DNA of 64,000 nt, from positions 186,001 through 250,000 of IMG/VR virus record IMGVR_UViG_3300023174_000038. One strand, written 5' to 3'. The notes under the pieces were generated by a model. That model was not told where the DNA came from, did no database searches, and worked only from the letters and a program-made list of their open reading frames with translations. How positions within the stretch are numbered: position 1 is the stretch's first letter; each line of letters opens with the position of its first letter. Shown piece by piece: positions 55,741-64,000 of the stretch. Position numbers and translations under genes: made by a program.

Positions 55741-56942
55741 ATTGCGGCTTTTGGCTGTAAAATTTGCTCCTGATTAATATTTATCTTTTTAATGTTGTTT
55801 TCACGGTACTTCTTAGTGTTATACATATGAGGCATTAAAACCTTCTCAATCTCTGTATGTAAACCACGAGCACCGGTCTTTAATTTCATTGTATTTTCAG
55901 CTAACTGAGAAATAGCATCTTCTGTAAAATTTAACTCAATATCATCTAAACTTAATAGATACTTATATTGGTCGATATAGTTGTTTTTAACTTTTGTCAG
56001 GACCTGAACCATTTCGTCTTTTGTAAGATTTTCAACATTTACTGTAGTAGTAAAACGTCCGATGAATTCAGGAATCATACCAAATCGTGTTAAATCATCC
56101 GGGCTAACCATAGATAAATCACCCTCTTTGCGGGAGTCCTTAATATCAGCACCAAATCCAATACTAGTTCCATTGATACGATTGTTAACAATATCCTTTA
56201 ATCCAACAAATGCACCACCGGCAATGAATAGAATGTTCTTTGTATTAACCTCAATCATATCACCACTAGGATGCTTACGTCCTCCACCAGCTGGGATACG
56301 ACATGTTGTACCCTCAACCATCTTTAATAGTGCTTGTTGTACACCTTCGCCGGATACGTCACGGGTAATACTTGCACCTTCGCTTTTACGGGCAATTTTG
56401 TCAATCTCATCAACAAACACAATACCACGTTCTGCCAGTTTAGCATCACCACCGGCAGCATTAACTAGCATACTAATCATTGATTCAACATCATCACCTA
56501 CATATCCAGCCTCGGTCAAGCTAGTAGCATCAGCAACAATAAAGGGCACTTCTAAGTATTTTGCTACAGTTTTAGCTAATAGTGTTTTACCTGAACCTGT
56601 TGGTCCAATTAATAATACGTTACCTTTTTGTATTTCTAAGTCTTTTGGCGGATTATTAATACGTTTATAGTGATTAGCAATAGCTACACTAAGAACCATT
56701 TTAGCATTAATTTGACCAATAATATGTTGGTCTAAAAATTCTTTAATAGTTTCCGGATCATATCTTATATGGTCTTTGTTTATTGAATCTTCGGAATTGT
56801 TATTTTCATCAACCATTAATTGAGTACATAACTCAATACAGTCGCTACAGATAGCAACATCTTCTCCGACAATTAATTTATTTACGACATCTTTATGATT
56901 GCCGCAAAATGAGCAATGGCTTAATTTTGTTTCTGTTGACAT
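55737..56942 (-). CDS. clpX: ClpX ATPase
   Basis: CSFCG..ICSDC Zn finger, GPTGSGKT, DEIDK, RKH, IGF. Confidence 0.97.
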   Translation of the reverse strand: MSTETKLSHCSFCGNHKDVVNKLIVGEDVAICSDCIELCTQLMVDENNNSEDSINKDHIRYDPETIKEFLDQHIIGQINAKMVLSVAIANHYKRINNPPKDLEIQKGNVLLIGPTGSGKTLLAKTVAKYLEVPFIVADATSLTEAGYVGDDVESMISMLVNAAGGDAKLAERGIVFVDEIDKIARKSEGASITRDVSGEGVQQALLKMVEGTTCRIPAGGGRKHPSGDMIEVNTKNILFIAGGAFVGLKDIVNNRINGTSIGFGADIKDSRKEGDLSMVSPDDLTRFGMIPEFIGRFTTTVNVENLTKDEMVQVLTKVKNNYIDQYKYLLSLDDIELNFTEDAISQLAENTMKLKTGARGLHTEIEKVLMPHMYNTKKYRENNIKKININQEQILQPKAAI

Positions 56943-56955
56943 ACTAATACTTATC

Positions 56956-57969
56956 TTAATTATTTTTTACACATACTTTTTTAGGCACCACTGACAATTC
57001 AATTTTAGATAAATTGTGCATAATATGTGCTAACTTACTATCCTGATGAATTTTTAATTCAATTTTATTGATCGCACTAGAACTTTGATTAATACCTACA
57101 TTAATTGTTTTTACATAATTAATGTTATAAAACGGGTTGTTTAAACGATTTACTGCCGTAGTCTCAAAACATTGACTATATTGCGTTCTGTTATAGAAGT
57201 CTTTAATTTCCATATTAACCCGAACTTCATTCCAATCCATCATAGCATCTAATAACTTATTGGGAATAACAAATTCATTAAAATAATATTTCTCAGAACC
57301 TACTCTAACAGTAGAAGGGTATTGTTGTGAAAATCCTTTTTCTTGTGTCCATAATGAGGGTTTACCATCAGCTACTAATTGTATCGCATCATGCAGGGAT
57401 GCTACATAATTTGGGTTCCATGCCAATGTATAGGGAATAGTTAACGTTAGATTTCTATAGGTGTCTACCTTAACGACATAATCACTTTGATTAATATCAT
57501 ATGCCCGTCTAGGGTAATCATTTAATACACTAGAGAGAATCCGATCACCATTATTTTTATTTTCTAAGAATGATTTATATTGAGTATTATGTTTAGCACC
57601 GTCAAGGTTTTTACTATCCTTACCCTTAGATAGGATTCTGTCACTTAATCTTAATAAAGACAATTTAACATCTACAACTACCTGAACCTTATTACCTATG
57701 TTTTGTTGTGATATAATTTTATACTCATCAACAAAGGCTGAACTATATGCTAGGATTTCATTCTTAATAAGTTTTTCGTTGTATGATTCACGTTCACTTG
57801 CAATCACTACACCAACTTGATACTCAATAGCCTCTTTAAAAGCATTATGTTTAGCTTCTTCGTATGTGTTACCTAGACCGGTAGTACGAATGTAATTATC
57901 AGATTTAGAGGTAGACGCACATGCGGTAAGTATAAAACATACCGCTAGCAATAATAAACGCATAATCAA
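56956..57969 (-). CDS. Lipoprotein
   Basis: Lipobox LTAC. Confidence 0.7.
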   Translation of the reverse strand: MIMRLLLLAVCFILTACASTSKSDNYIRTTGLGNTYEEAKHNAFKEAIEYQVGVVIASERESYNEKLIKNEILAYSSAFVDEYKIISQQNIGNKVQVVVDVKLSLLRLSDRILSKGKDSKNLDGAKHNTQYKSFLENKNNGDRILSSVLNDYPRRAYDINQSDYVVKVDTYRNLTLTIPYTLAWNPNYVASLHDAIQLVADGKPSLWTQEKGFSQQYPSTVRVGSEKYYFNEFVIPNKLLDAMMDWNEVRVNMEIKDFYNRTQYSQCFETTAVNRLNNPFYNINYVKTINVGINQSSSAINKIELKIHQDSKLAHIMHNLSKIELSVVPKKVCVKNN

Positions 57970-58601
57970 TTACCGAATTTTTTACGCAATTGATTAGAAA
58001 CTTGTTCGGATTCTTTATCCCAACGAATTGTTACAGCAACTTCTTGTGGACCAACTATCTCTTGTTTGATAACCTTAAATCCACGCAAGATACCTTGAGC
58101 ATTAACACGAATGGTCTCGTTTAATTGATAAGCAGTATCATTGCTGTTTTCACGCACAGAATGATTTGTATCTTTTTCTGCATCTGTATCACTCATTGCA
58201 ACAACTTCTCCTGTTGTTGTGCGTGACTTCATTCGGTCGCTTGCTTTCTCAACGTTCTTGGCAAGTGTGTTAGTTACACGTGTGCTAGAAACATCTTCCT
58301 GAATAAAGTGACGTACATTTGCACGGGCACGATCACCTGCACGAATTAATGCAGTACGGCGATTGTTATCAGTGTTGCCATTTGAACTTGCAGTACCGAC
58401 TGATTCAATACTAGTGATTGCACAATTTGATTTGTCCCATGAATACCAAGCGCAATCAGTTTCAATACGAATTGTATCTTGTTTAAATGATGTGGAAAGC
58501 TTTTGATTACGGATCTGCTCAAATTCGCCTTCACCGCGTTTCATACTAGAACAGCCCACTAATGAGAGAGCAGTTACTAAAGCCAATAATTTGAAATTCA
58601 T
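57966..58601 (-). CDS. LPP20-like lipoprotein
   Basis: Lipobox LVGC; GGAG SD before ATG 58601. Confidence 0.7.
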   Translation of the reverse strand: MNFKLLALVTALSLVGCSSMKRGEGEFEQIRNQKLSTSFKQDTIRIETDCAWYSWDKSNCAITSIESVGTASSNGNTDNNRRTALIRAGDRARANVRHFIQEDVSSTRVTNTLAKNVEKASDRMKSRTTTGEVVAMSDTDAEKDTNHSVRENSNDTAYQLNETIRVNAQGILRGFKVIKQEIVGPQEVAVTIRWDKESEQVSNQLRKKFGN

Positions 58602-58659
58602 TTCAATCTCCGATAAGTTAAGATATGTGTATATTAACACAATAGCCAATTATTGTCAA

Positions 58660-60207
58660 TTATTTTTGATTCTTTAGGAACAATTCTATCTGTTCTTTTT
58701 CATTTTCGGACAACAAATCAAGGTCATATTCGCCCTTTTCTATCTTTTCAACCAAATATTTGATGTATTTTTGGTTATGTAGATAGGTATCCGACTGTTC
58801 CTTTTGAACCTCAATCCATTTGCGACTGTCATACTTATAAACACGGTTTGGTAATGCATCTACACGTACAAATACATCACCTTTATTAGCAACATTTGGG
58901 AATTTTATACCAAAATTTGTATTAATTGTACGTTGACTATCAGCGGTTAACATAAAGATATCTGGACGCAAACTCTTTAATGCTTCCATTTGATAATGCT
59001 TATCTTCAAACATTACATAACCACCATCTAATTCCTTATAAGGTTTTTCGGGTTCAATTGTTACTTCAGTATCTTTTACTTCAAATACCGATTCTTCTAC
59101 TACTTCTTCTTTTGTAGCAACCATTGGCTTAGTATCAAAACTTACAAATGGTTTACTTAAGTAAGGATGTTTTTCTAATAAAGATTTTGGTTCTTCTGGT
59201 TCTTCAAAGGGTCCGTCCTTTACATCACAATTTTTATTTGGACAGAATAAACCTATACCGGGTGCATTAACCAACTCAGTATCGCACATATAACAGTTAA
59301 TAGGATGTTTGGGAGTTCCAGCCATTGCAACAATTTGTTTAATTTGTTCATCGGTTAATGGACCGTCATCAGGTTCATATGCTGGTTCTGTGACAGTGGG
59401 AGTTGATATTGGTTCAGTCCCTAGAGGGCTGTCACCCTCCTCATCCCATTCTTTACTTGCATTAGCGGCAAGAACAAGCGCAATAGCTAATGGATCAAAT
59501 ACAATAACAAGTAAAATAATAACCCAACGTACCGCACTCTCTAACATATTGTTATCAGCATTATCACCATAAATCAATGCGGCAATATATTTGATAGGAC
59601 CAACTTCTGCTTCTACTTTGCGATTCTCTGCCGCAATAGGTGCTCGTTCTTCATTAAGTTTAGCAATTTCTTTCTGTGCATCACCAATATCTTTTTGCAG
59701 TTTACTACGTTCACCGGCTTGTTGTCTACGAATTTGTACCGCACGTTCAGCACTATTCTCGCTATCACCACGACTTAATCGTTGGTCAACTTGATTATCC
59801 ATTTGAGTTAATGCTTTACGTGCTAACTCAATATTGTCTCGTTGTGTTTTAATCTTTTCATCATACAAAGATAATTTGTCTTGACTATCACCAGTACTGA
59901 TGCCATGCTCCATGTGAGCTTTACTTAAGAAGCCAAATATACCCATACTTGTTAGTAATGCTAATGCAATAACGGCAGGTACAAGATAGAGTTTGAGTAA
60001 GAAACCTGCACGACCCCAGTACTTACGTAGCCAAACGGTTGTGGTGATCTTTCCTATTTCAAGGATACCTCCCATAATGATAACGGGAATAACCGCACCT
60101 GCAAAGATAGCGGTTAAGCCGATAATACTATACCAGGCAGCTACCGAACTAAGTGATAGTGCTACTAATAGTGTAAGATTTGAGAATGATAAAAATTTAA
60201 GGCGCAT
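58660..60207 (-). CDS. Membrane / coiled-coil protein
   Basis: TM segments, TSMGIFGFLSKAH, GPIKYIA, VFDPLA. Confidence 0.75.
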   Translation of the reverse strand: MRLKFLSFSNLTLLVALSLSSVAAWYSIIGLTAIFAGAVIPVIIMGGILEIGKITTTVWLRKYWGRAGFLLKLYLVPAVIALALLTSMGIFGFLSKAHMEHGISTGDSQDKLSLYDEKIKTQRDNIELARKALTQMDNQVDQRLSRGDSENSAERAVQIRRQQAGERSKLQKDIGDAQKEIAKLNEERAPIAAENRKVEAEVGPIKYIAALIYGDNADNNMLESAVRWVIILLVIVFDPLAIALVLAANASKEWDEEGDSPLGTEPISTPTVTEPAYEPDDGPLTDEQIKQIVAMAGTPKHPINCYMCDTELVNAPGIGLFCPNKNCDVKDGPFEEPEEPKSLLEKHPYLSKPFVSFDTKPMVATKEEVVEESVFEVKDTEVTIEPEKPYKELDGGYVMFEDKHYQMEALKSLRPDIFMLTADSQRTINTNFGIKFPNVANKGDVFVRVDALPNRVYKYDSRKWIEVQKEQSDTYLHNQKYIKYLVEKIEKGEYDLDLLSENEKEQIELFLKNQK

Positions 60208-60214
60208 CTAATAT

Positions 60215-60427
60215 TTAGTCTAGTGTTACGTCAAATAAGTGACTATAATAACTAAGAAATTCAGCTACAGGTAAAACAAGTTTTTGAGGGATATTGGGAC
60301 CTCTGGACACATGATATGTAACTAAATAATCACCGCGGTTCTCATCGGTCTTTTTTACCTGTATTACTTCAATCTTGTTACCATCTTCAAACACATAGGA
60401 TTGTCCTATCAAGGTATATGCGTTCAT
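60215..60427 (-). CDS. Hypothetical protein
   Basis: ORF. Confidence 0.55.
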   Translation of the reverse strand: MNAYTLIGQSYVFEDGNKIEVIQVKKTDENRGDYLVTYHVSRGPNIPQKLVLPVAEFLSYYSHLFDVTLD

Positions 60428-61518
60428 TTTGTATTATGATATACATCAAACTGTGCCCACTGTCCGCGCCAGTTGTCATGTTCACTATCCATACCATTAT
60501 CATCAAGTTCATCACCGTCATATACTAAACGTGTAACTACACTTGTACCTTGAACATCCCAATTGAATACTTTAAGTTTTTTAGGTTCAAATACACCTTC
60601 AATAGTAGTTTGAATGCAACTACCTTTACCACCTTGTGTCCACATCAACCAATAACCCTTACCTAGATGTTCTGGATATAGTTCTTCTTGTTCTTCTGAT
60701 GTTTCCCAACGACTATCTTCTTCACCATGTGCGTCACTAAAGAATGATTCTAAGTCACCCTCATAGATTGTTTCACCTTCGCTATTCTCAATAGTCATAT
60801 GTGTATCGTCTTGGTCAAAGCCCCAGAACGAATGTTTACCTTGATACTCATAATAAGGCAAATCAAATCGTGCCGCTTTAGGAGTACCATTCTCATCATA
60901 GTCATAGTTCTCGTTAAGAGCATCACTCAAATCATCTTCGTGTTCTTCACTACTCCAATGTTCATATTGTTGTTTCTTAATCTTGTGTACACCAATCTCA
61001 CGTGTACGACCCCAAATACGAATTGTATATGTATCTTCGGGATAACTTTCTTTTAATGAACCCTCATCTTCTGTATCGTCACCAAAAGGCCATTTAGCAG
61101 TTTCTACAAAATCACTATCTGGTGTTGGCCAATGTGCGGAAATTTTATCTACTACTGGTAGTTTTTCAAATTCACGTTTAAGTTCTTCAAGGTCTGCTTC
61201 CAAATCAGCCTCATCAATCGGTTCTTCTACATTGTGCCAACTTGATTCATCACCTAATTCATAAGTAACATCATACCCACCTTTGCGGTCAGTCCAACAG
61301 TCATCGTATTGAAACTCCCATTCCATCTCTACATCATTCTCATAGGCATCATTAATAACTTCTTCAAAATCAACTTCACCTAATTGAATGTCTGTAAGTT
61401 TTTGTACAATCTCATCCTCATCTAAGTCAGGGTAGATTTCACTTAATAATGCTTCATCAAGTTTAATAGCATATTGTCTATCATGTTGATGCCATTCATG
61501 TTTTACGATTGTTACCAT
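60424..61518 (-). CDS. Highly acidic hypothetical protein
   Basis: 364 aa, Asp/Glu-rich; AGGAG SD. Confidence 0.75.
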   Translation of the reverse strand: MVTIVKHEWHQHDRQYAIKLDEALLSEIYPDLDEDEIVQKLTDIQLGEVDFEEVINDAYENDVEMEWEFQYDDCWTDRKGGYDVTYELGDESSWHNVEEPIDEADLEADLEELKREFEKLPVVDKISAHWPTPDSDFVETAKWPFGDDTEDEGSLKESYPEDTYTIRIWGRTREIGVHKIKKQQYEHWSSEEHEDDLSDALNENYDYDENGTPKAARFDLPYYEYQGKHSFWGFDQDDTHMTIENSEGETIYEGDLESFFSDAHGEEDSRWETSEEQEELYPEHLGKGYWLMWTQGGKGSCIQTTIEGVFEPKKLKVFNWDVQGTSVVTRLVYDGDELDDNGMDSEHDNWRGQWAQFDVYHNTK

Positions 61519-61543
61519 TATATTCTCCTAATTATAGATTATA

Positions 61544-62878
61544 TCACTTGTCGTCACGAAAACGAACAAATCTGGGGAAACGCAAACTATACGTTCCATC
61601 TTGGTTCTGTGTAATCACATCACATAGGACTTCAGCAGTACGACCAATGACCATATTACGATTAGTCCAATAATCATCTCTATCAACATCACTAAAGCCA
61701 CTACCCACATTGACTGTAATTTCTTTCCCGTCGTCAACTCCATGACAAACAAGTGCTCCAAGTCTTCCCAAATTTCTACCAGTTCCTTCTTCAACACCCA
61801 CGACCTCCAAGTCTACAGTTAATGTTGGCTTCCATTTCATCCAGTCAGTACTGCGCTTGCAGATATAGGGAGCTTCTAATTCTTTAATCATAATGCCTTC
61901 AAATCCTGCATTAACTTGATCCTTAGCATAACGTTCAAGTTGATCCTTACCTGCGGCTGTGTCTAAGTCAACCATAATATGCGGTAACAACTCTACGTTA
62001 GGCATAGTGTCAACTACGTGCCGAATATGTTCAAGTATGGCTATGCGTTTACGCAGTTGAGCATTCCAATGTCCTTCACGGAAATCACTTAATGGAATAA
62101 TATCAAAAATATTAAACACACTATCATCTGCTTGCACATCAGTCTTACGGCGTGCTTGTCGCATCAGTTCTTGGAATGTATTACCAATTACTTCTCCATC
62201 TAATACAAATCCGTTAATCAATGCGTTCTGATGTCCTCTAGCAATCTTAATAAAGTTGTCGCTAATCTGTTTTTCAATGTGACCAAAGTTATCAAACACT
62301 TTACCATTACGGCTGTAGCAAACTGTAGTCACACCCTCACTTGCACCGGGTATTACAAACATCAATACACGAACACCATCTAACTTAGGCTCAAGGCGTT
62401 TAGTACCTTTCATCTCAGGACGACCTTCACTATTAGTTGCTAGTTGACAACCAAAGATTGGAATTTCGTAATCAGTTTTCTTACAGATTTTGTTGATTGT
62501 TTTTTCAGATATACCAGCACGTAAATCTCTACGAATAACAGGAGCACAGAATGTATTCCATTCTATGCTATCAAATCGTTCACTCATTTCATTGATAGCA
62601 TCAAGTGCGGCATTGCCTGACAAATCACGGTGCGACAATAGTGTAAGCAATGTATTAAAATCACTCCAAGGATTTTCAGCATCAACAATACCTACAGTAT
62701 CAGGAACTTTACGTACACCAAATGTCACATAAGGATTGTAACAAGCTTTTGTCAAACCCAAAAAAATCTGAGCATTAGTGCTACCTAGGACACTTGCCTC
62801 AAGCGCCTGTAAAATGATATCTTCCTTGTGCAGGCGACTATCACTTTCATTTAACTTTGTTATCCACGATGCTGACAT
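61544..62878 (-). CDS. ATP-dependent DNA ligase
   Basis: EPKLDGVR, LDGE, FDI, EGIMIK, WMKWK, SLRFPRF. Confidence 0.95.
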   Translation of the reverse strand: MSASWITKLNESDSRLHKEDIILQALEASVLGSTNAQIFLGLTKACYNPYVTFGVRKVPDTVGIVDAENPWSDFNTLLTLLSHRDLSGNAALDAINEMSERFDSIEWNTFCAPVIRRDLRAGISEKTINKICKKTDYEIPIFGCQLATNSEGRPEMKGTKRLEPKLDGVRVLMFVIPGASEGVTTVCYSRNGKVFDNFGHIEKQISDNFIKIARGHQNALINGFVLDGEVIGNTFQELMRQARRKTDVQADDSVFNIFDIIPLSDFREGHWNAQLRKRIAILEHIRHVVDTMPNVELLPHIMVDLDTAAGKDQLERYAKDQVNAGFEGIMIKELEAPYICKRSTDWMKWKPTLTVDLEVVGVEEGTGRNLGRLGALVCHGVDDGKEITVNVGSGFSDVDRDDYWTNRNMVIGRTAEVLCDVITQNQDGTYSLRFPRFVRFRDDK

Positions 62879-62887
62879 TTAAAATCC

Positions 62888-63070
62888 TTATTTTACCTTA
62901 CGTTTATTACATTCTTCATATGCCTGATCAGGAACTTGTTCATATGTATCTAGTTTGGAACATTGATACTCTAGTACAATATAATCAGGGTCATCAGTAC
63001 TTTCTCGCACTAACCACAATATTCCTATAATTACTAATATTGTGATAACTGTTGATTTGATGGTATCCAT
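62888..63070 (-). CDS. Small membrane protein
   Basis: TM segment; start MDTIK. Confidence 0.5.
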   Translation of the reverse strand: MDTIKSTVITILVIIGILWLVRESTDDPDYIVLEYQCSKLDTYEQVPDQAYEECNKRKVK

Positions 63071-63096
63071 GATATTACCCCTTACGGGGTATTTAG

Positions 63097-63525
63097 CTAC
63101 CAACTACTATTATAAAATACTTTCAATCCTAGGAACACTTCTGCCTTAGCGTTGTTTACAAACTCAAGGTCTTGTTCATAGTAATAATTATCTGCAGGAT
63201 TACCAAAGAAGAAACCTTCTGTACTAGGAAGTTTGCCGTGACGAATAGCACGTTCAAGATTATCTAAATCATCCCAAGTAAGTTCTAACTCAATGCCATT
63301 GAATTTTTGATCTTTACTTTGCAGACCAGGTTCTTTTTTACTATGCCAAAGTTGTTCCATCCAACCATGCAAGTTAGGATGTTTACGCCAATAAGCAATC
63401 TCATATGGCTTAGTAACTGTCTTACTCACAAACTCACTTGTAGTTGCATCAAACTCTGCGGTTTCATAGAAGTCATTATATTGACCTTTTTTGTTAGCAA
63501 CATAAGCATACATATCTAATCCCAT
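63097..63525 (-). CDS. Hypothetical protein
   Basis: MGLDMY...YWRKHPNLHGWME...YNSSW; GGAGG SD. Confidence 0.75.
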   Translation of the reverse strand: MGLDMYAYVANKKGQYNDFYETAEFDATTSEFVSKTVTKPYEIAYWRKHPNLHGWMEQLWHSKKEPGLQSKDQKFNGIELELTWDDLDNLERAIRHGKLPSTEGFFFGNPADNYYYEQDLEFVNNAKAEVFLGLKVFYNSSW

Positions 63526-63684
63526 AATATCCTCCACCTTTTTACGTTTATATTTCACTTAGCTTGTTCAACAGTTACCTGTTTAACTTTTTCTACACCG
63601 TTGTCAGCAATTTTGGCAATGCCACTAAAGCCCACAGTTGAGACTACAATACCAAGAATAAACCCTACTAATAATTTTGTCATT

Positions 63685-63918
63685 TTAAATCTCCGGAAAT
63701 TGATATAGTTCCCACTCTTCGGCATACTCTGTTTCTAAAACAGTTGCCGCATCTGTATAGCCATGATTGACTAATGTTTGAATGCAATTTTTAATAATCA
63801 AATTAGCAAACATGTCAGGATCAAAATCGTATGTATACGTAGAACGATTGCCGTCCTCATCAGTTTCAACATAGCCCTTAGCCTGTTTAAAAAGTTTTTC
63901 AATATCTTTATTCATCAT
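63685..63918 (-). CDS. Hypothetical protein
   Basis: FANLIIKNC, related to 22774-23034 motif. Confidence 0.55.
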   Translation of the reverse strand: MMNKDIEKLFKQAKGYVETDEDGNRSTYTYDFDPDMFANLIIKNCIQTLVNHGYTDAATVLETEYAEEWELYQFPEI

Positions 63919-64000
63919 TCATCTCCACCATCCCAAAATGTATTAACAAATCTCTACCTAACAACGGACCATGTTCCCATGCACTACATGCATAACGATC

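Noticed and set aside
53518-56942. Bacterial chromosome origin for the chaperone block
   Set aside because: Gene order is non-cellular, phage TAAATA boxes and composition continue through it, and it is flanked by phage-type genes.
1-64000. Stop-codon reassignment
   Set aside because: Conserved genes are full length in the standard code, all three stops are used, and there is no suppressor tRNA; Ser(TGA), Leu(TAA) and Leu(TAG) are anticodons reading sense codons.

Overview
This 64-kb window is part of a large, AT-rich, T4-like or jumbo lytic phage genome. A proteobacterial host is inferred from the DnaK, ClpXP, IF-1, RpoZ and ErpA sequences. From left to right it holds: (1) an enzyme cluster with desaturases, PP-loop ATPases, three paralogous cupin-like proteins and a cytochrome P450 (1-6055); (2) a 10-kb array of 25 tRNA genes covering 19 amino acids plus fMet, with no Phe, interleaved with about 9 unassigned structured RNAs, homing endonucleases and rpoZ (about 6.1-17.6 kb); (3) early-promoter cassettes of small genes, including an ArfA-like ORF; (4) tail, baseplate and virion accessory genes, SOD, ErpA and IF-1; (5) a proteostasis block (ClpP, ClpS, Hsp20, DnaK, S21, ClpX) and DNA ligase. 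The best candidate for a new system is a 45-codon leader ORF (6228-6365), absent from the ORF track. It contains all 20 amino acids in 36 different codons, and its 3' end can pair with the terminator just downstream. This fits a general tRNA-depletion attenuator at the head of the tRNA array. Also notable are long-stem RNAs abutting tRNA 5' ends, apparently leaderless TAAATA-driven late genes, capsid-targeting-like N-termini on SOD and a nucleotidase, ROSE-like thermometers on both dnaK and hsp20, and an HNH insertion that duplicated a tRNA-Arg 3' end. All calls come from reading motifs by eye; no searches or folding programs were run.
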